A stretch of DNA of 64,000 nt. Origin: Camelus ferus (Eukaryota). The stretch covers positions 100,752,001 to 100,816,000 of the forward strand of contig NC_045697.1 of NCBI RefSeq assembly GCF_009834535.1. Reading direction: 5' to 3'. The notes under the pieces are model-generated. The model saw only the letters and a list, made by a program, of their open reading frames with translations. It had not been told where the DNA came from and did not search any database. Positions within the stretch are counted from its first letter, which is position 1. The number at the start of each line of letters is the position of its first letter. The position numbers and the translations under genes were made by a program. Positions 63,447 through 64,000 of this stretch are shown here, in pieces.

Positions 63447-64000
63447 TTTTAACTGCATAAGCCCATCTTGCTGCTGTCCATTTAGAATCCTCATGAATAA
63501 ATAAATATAAATAGGTTGTTTTCAATTTTAAAGATGAACTTTTTATCTGGAATTTAAAACCGAGCATGAACCTAGCATATGAACAGACAGACTTTAAAGA
63601 ATATGGTAAATTGGGGCATGCCCAAAGGCAACTCATGATGGCTACATTCTTCTTGGTAAAAGAATTACCGTATCTCTTACCTCATCCTTCTTGATTAAAC
63701 CTGTTTGTTTGTTTGTTTGTTTTTATTCTTCCTGTAAATAATTTTGTTGCAACCACTACTAGATTTAGAACATGGAGCAGCTGGTAATCACACCAATTTT
63801 TCACTCTGAAGCTTTGCTGGGTGATTTAGTGTAAAATGTTTTAATCTGTTCTCCTAGCTAACCCTGTGTATATTTCAGGATTTAACTTCAGTACCCTCCA
63901 GCAAGCTTTCCTTTATCCTTTCTTCCTATTCAAGACCAGCAAAATGCCCTTCCCTTGTACTTTTAAATCACTCCTTATAATTCAAAAATTGTAGCTCTCT

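Noticed and set aside
1..64000. ORF-track entries as protein-coding genes
   Set aside because: All are 124 aa or shorter, many start at TTG/GTG, overlap repeats or microsatellites, and resemble no protein I recognise apart from the transposon remnants
1..64000. CRISPR array, operon or other prokaryote-type system
   Set aside because: No regularly spaced repeat-spacer structure and no gene-dense region; the repeat content is unambiguously mammalian

Overview
AT-rich, CpG-poor mammalian genomic DNA, intronic or intergenic. It is probably camelid, inferred from three tRNA-Ala(AGC)-derived Vic-1-type SINEs, artiodactyl-type L1 3' ends and the apparent absence of Alu, B1, Bov-A and PRE-1. I recognise no intact protein-coding gene. 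The only ORFs in the track with recognisable content are transposon debris: a Tigger7 transposase N-terminus (969-1202) and an L1 ORF2p C-terminus (46768-47025). The window is a mosaic of ancient repeats (L2, MIR, MLT1/MLT2, MER5, MER33, MER44, L1M) and younger insertions (ERV LTRs with 4-bp TSDs, SINEs, truncated L1s). Most worth checking: a 5'LTR-PBS(Lys)-leader provirus stump with no genes or 3' LTR (~12.9-13.95 kb); two overlapping SOX-OCT composite motifs created by a 12-bp tandem repeat (35376-35410); a strong minus-strand 23-nt micro-exon candidate whose donor folds into a hairpin, next to a 24-bp palindrome (57.27-57.46 kb); and several other minus-strand exon-like segments that could belong to an unidentified spliced transcript. 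I found no evidence I can support for a novel multi-gene system. Repeat subfamily names come from recalled consensus sequences, not a database search, and the boundaries of old repeats are approximate.
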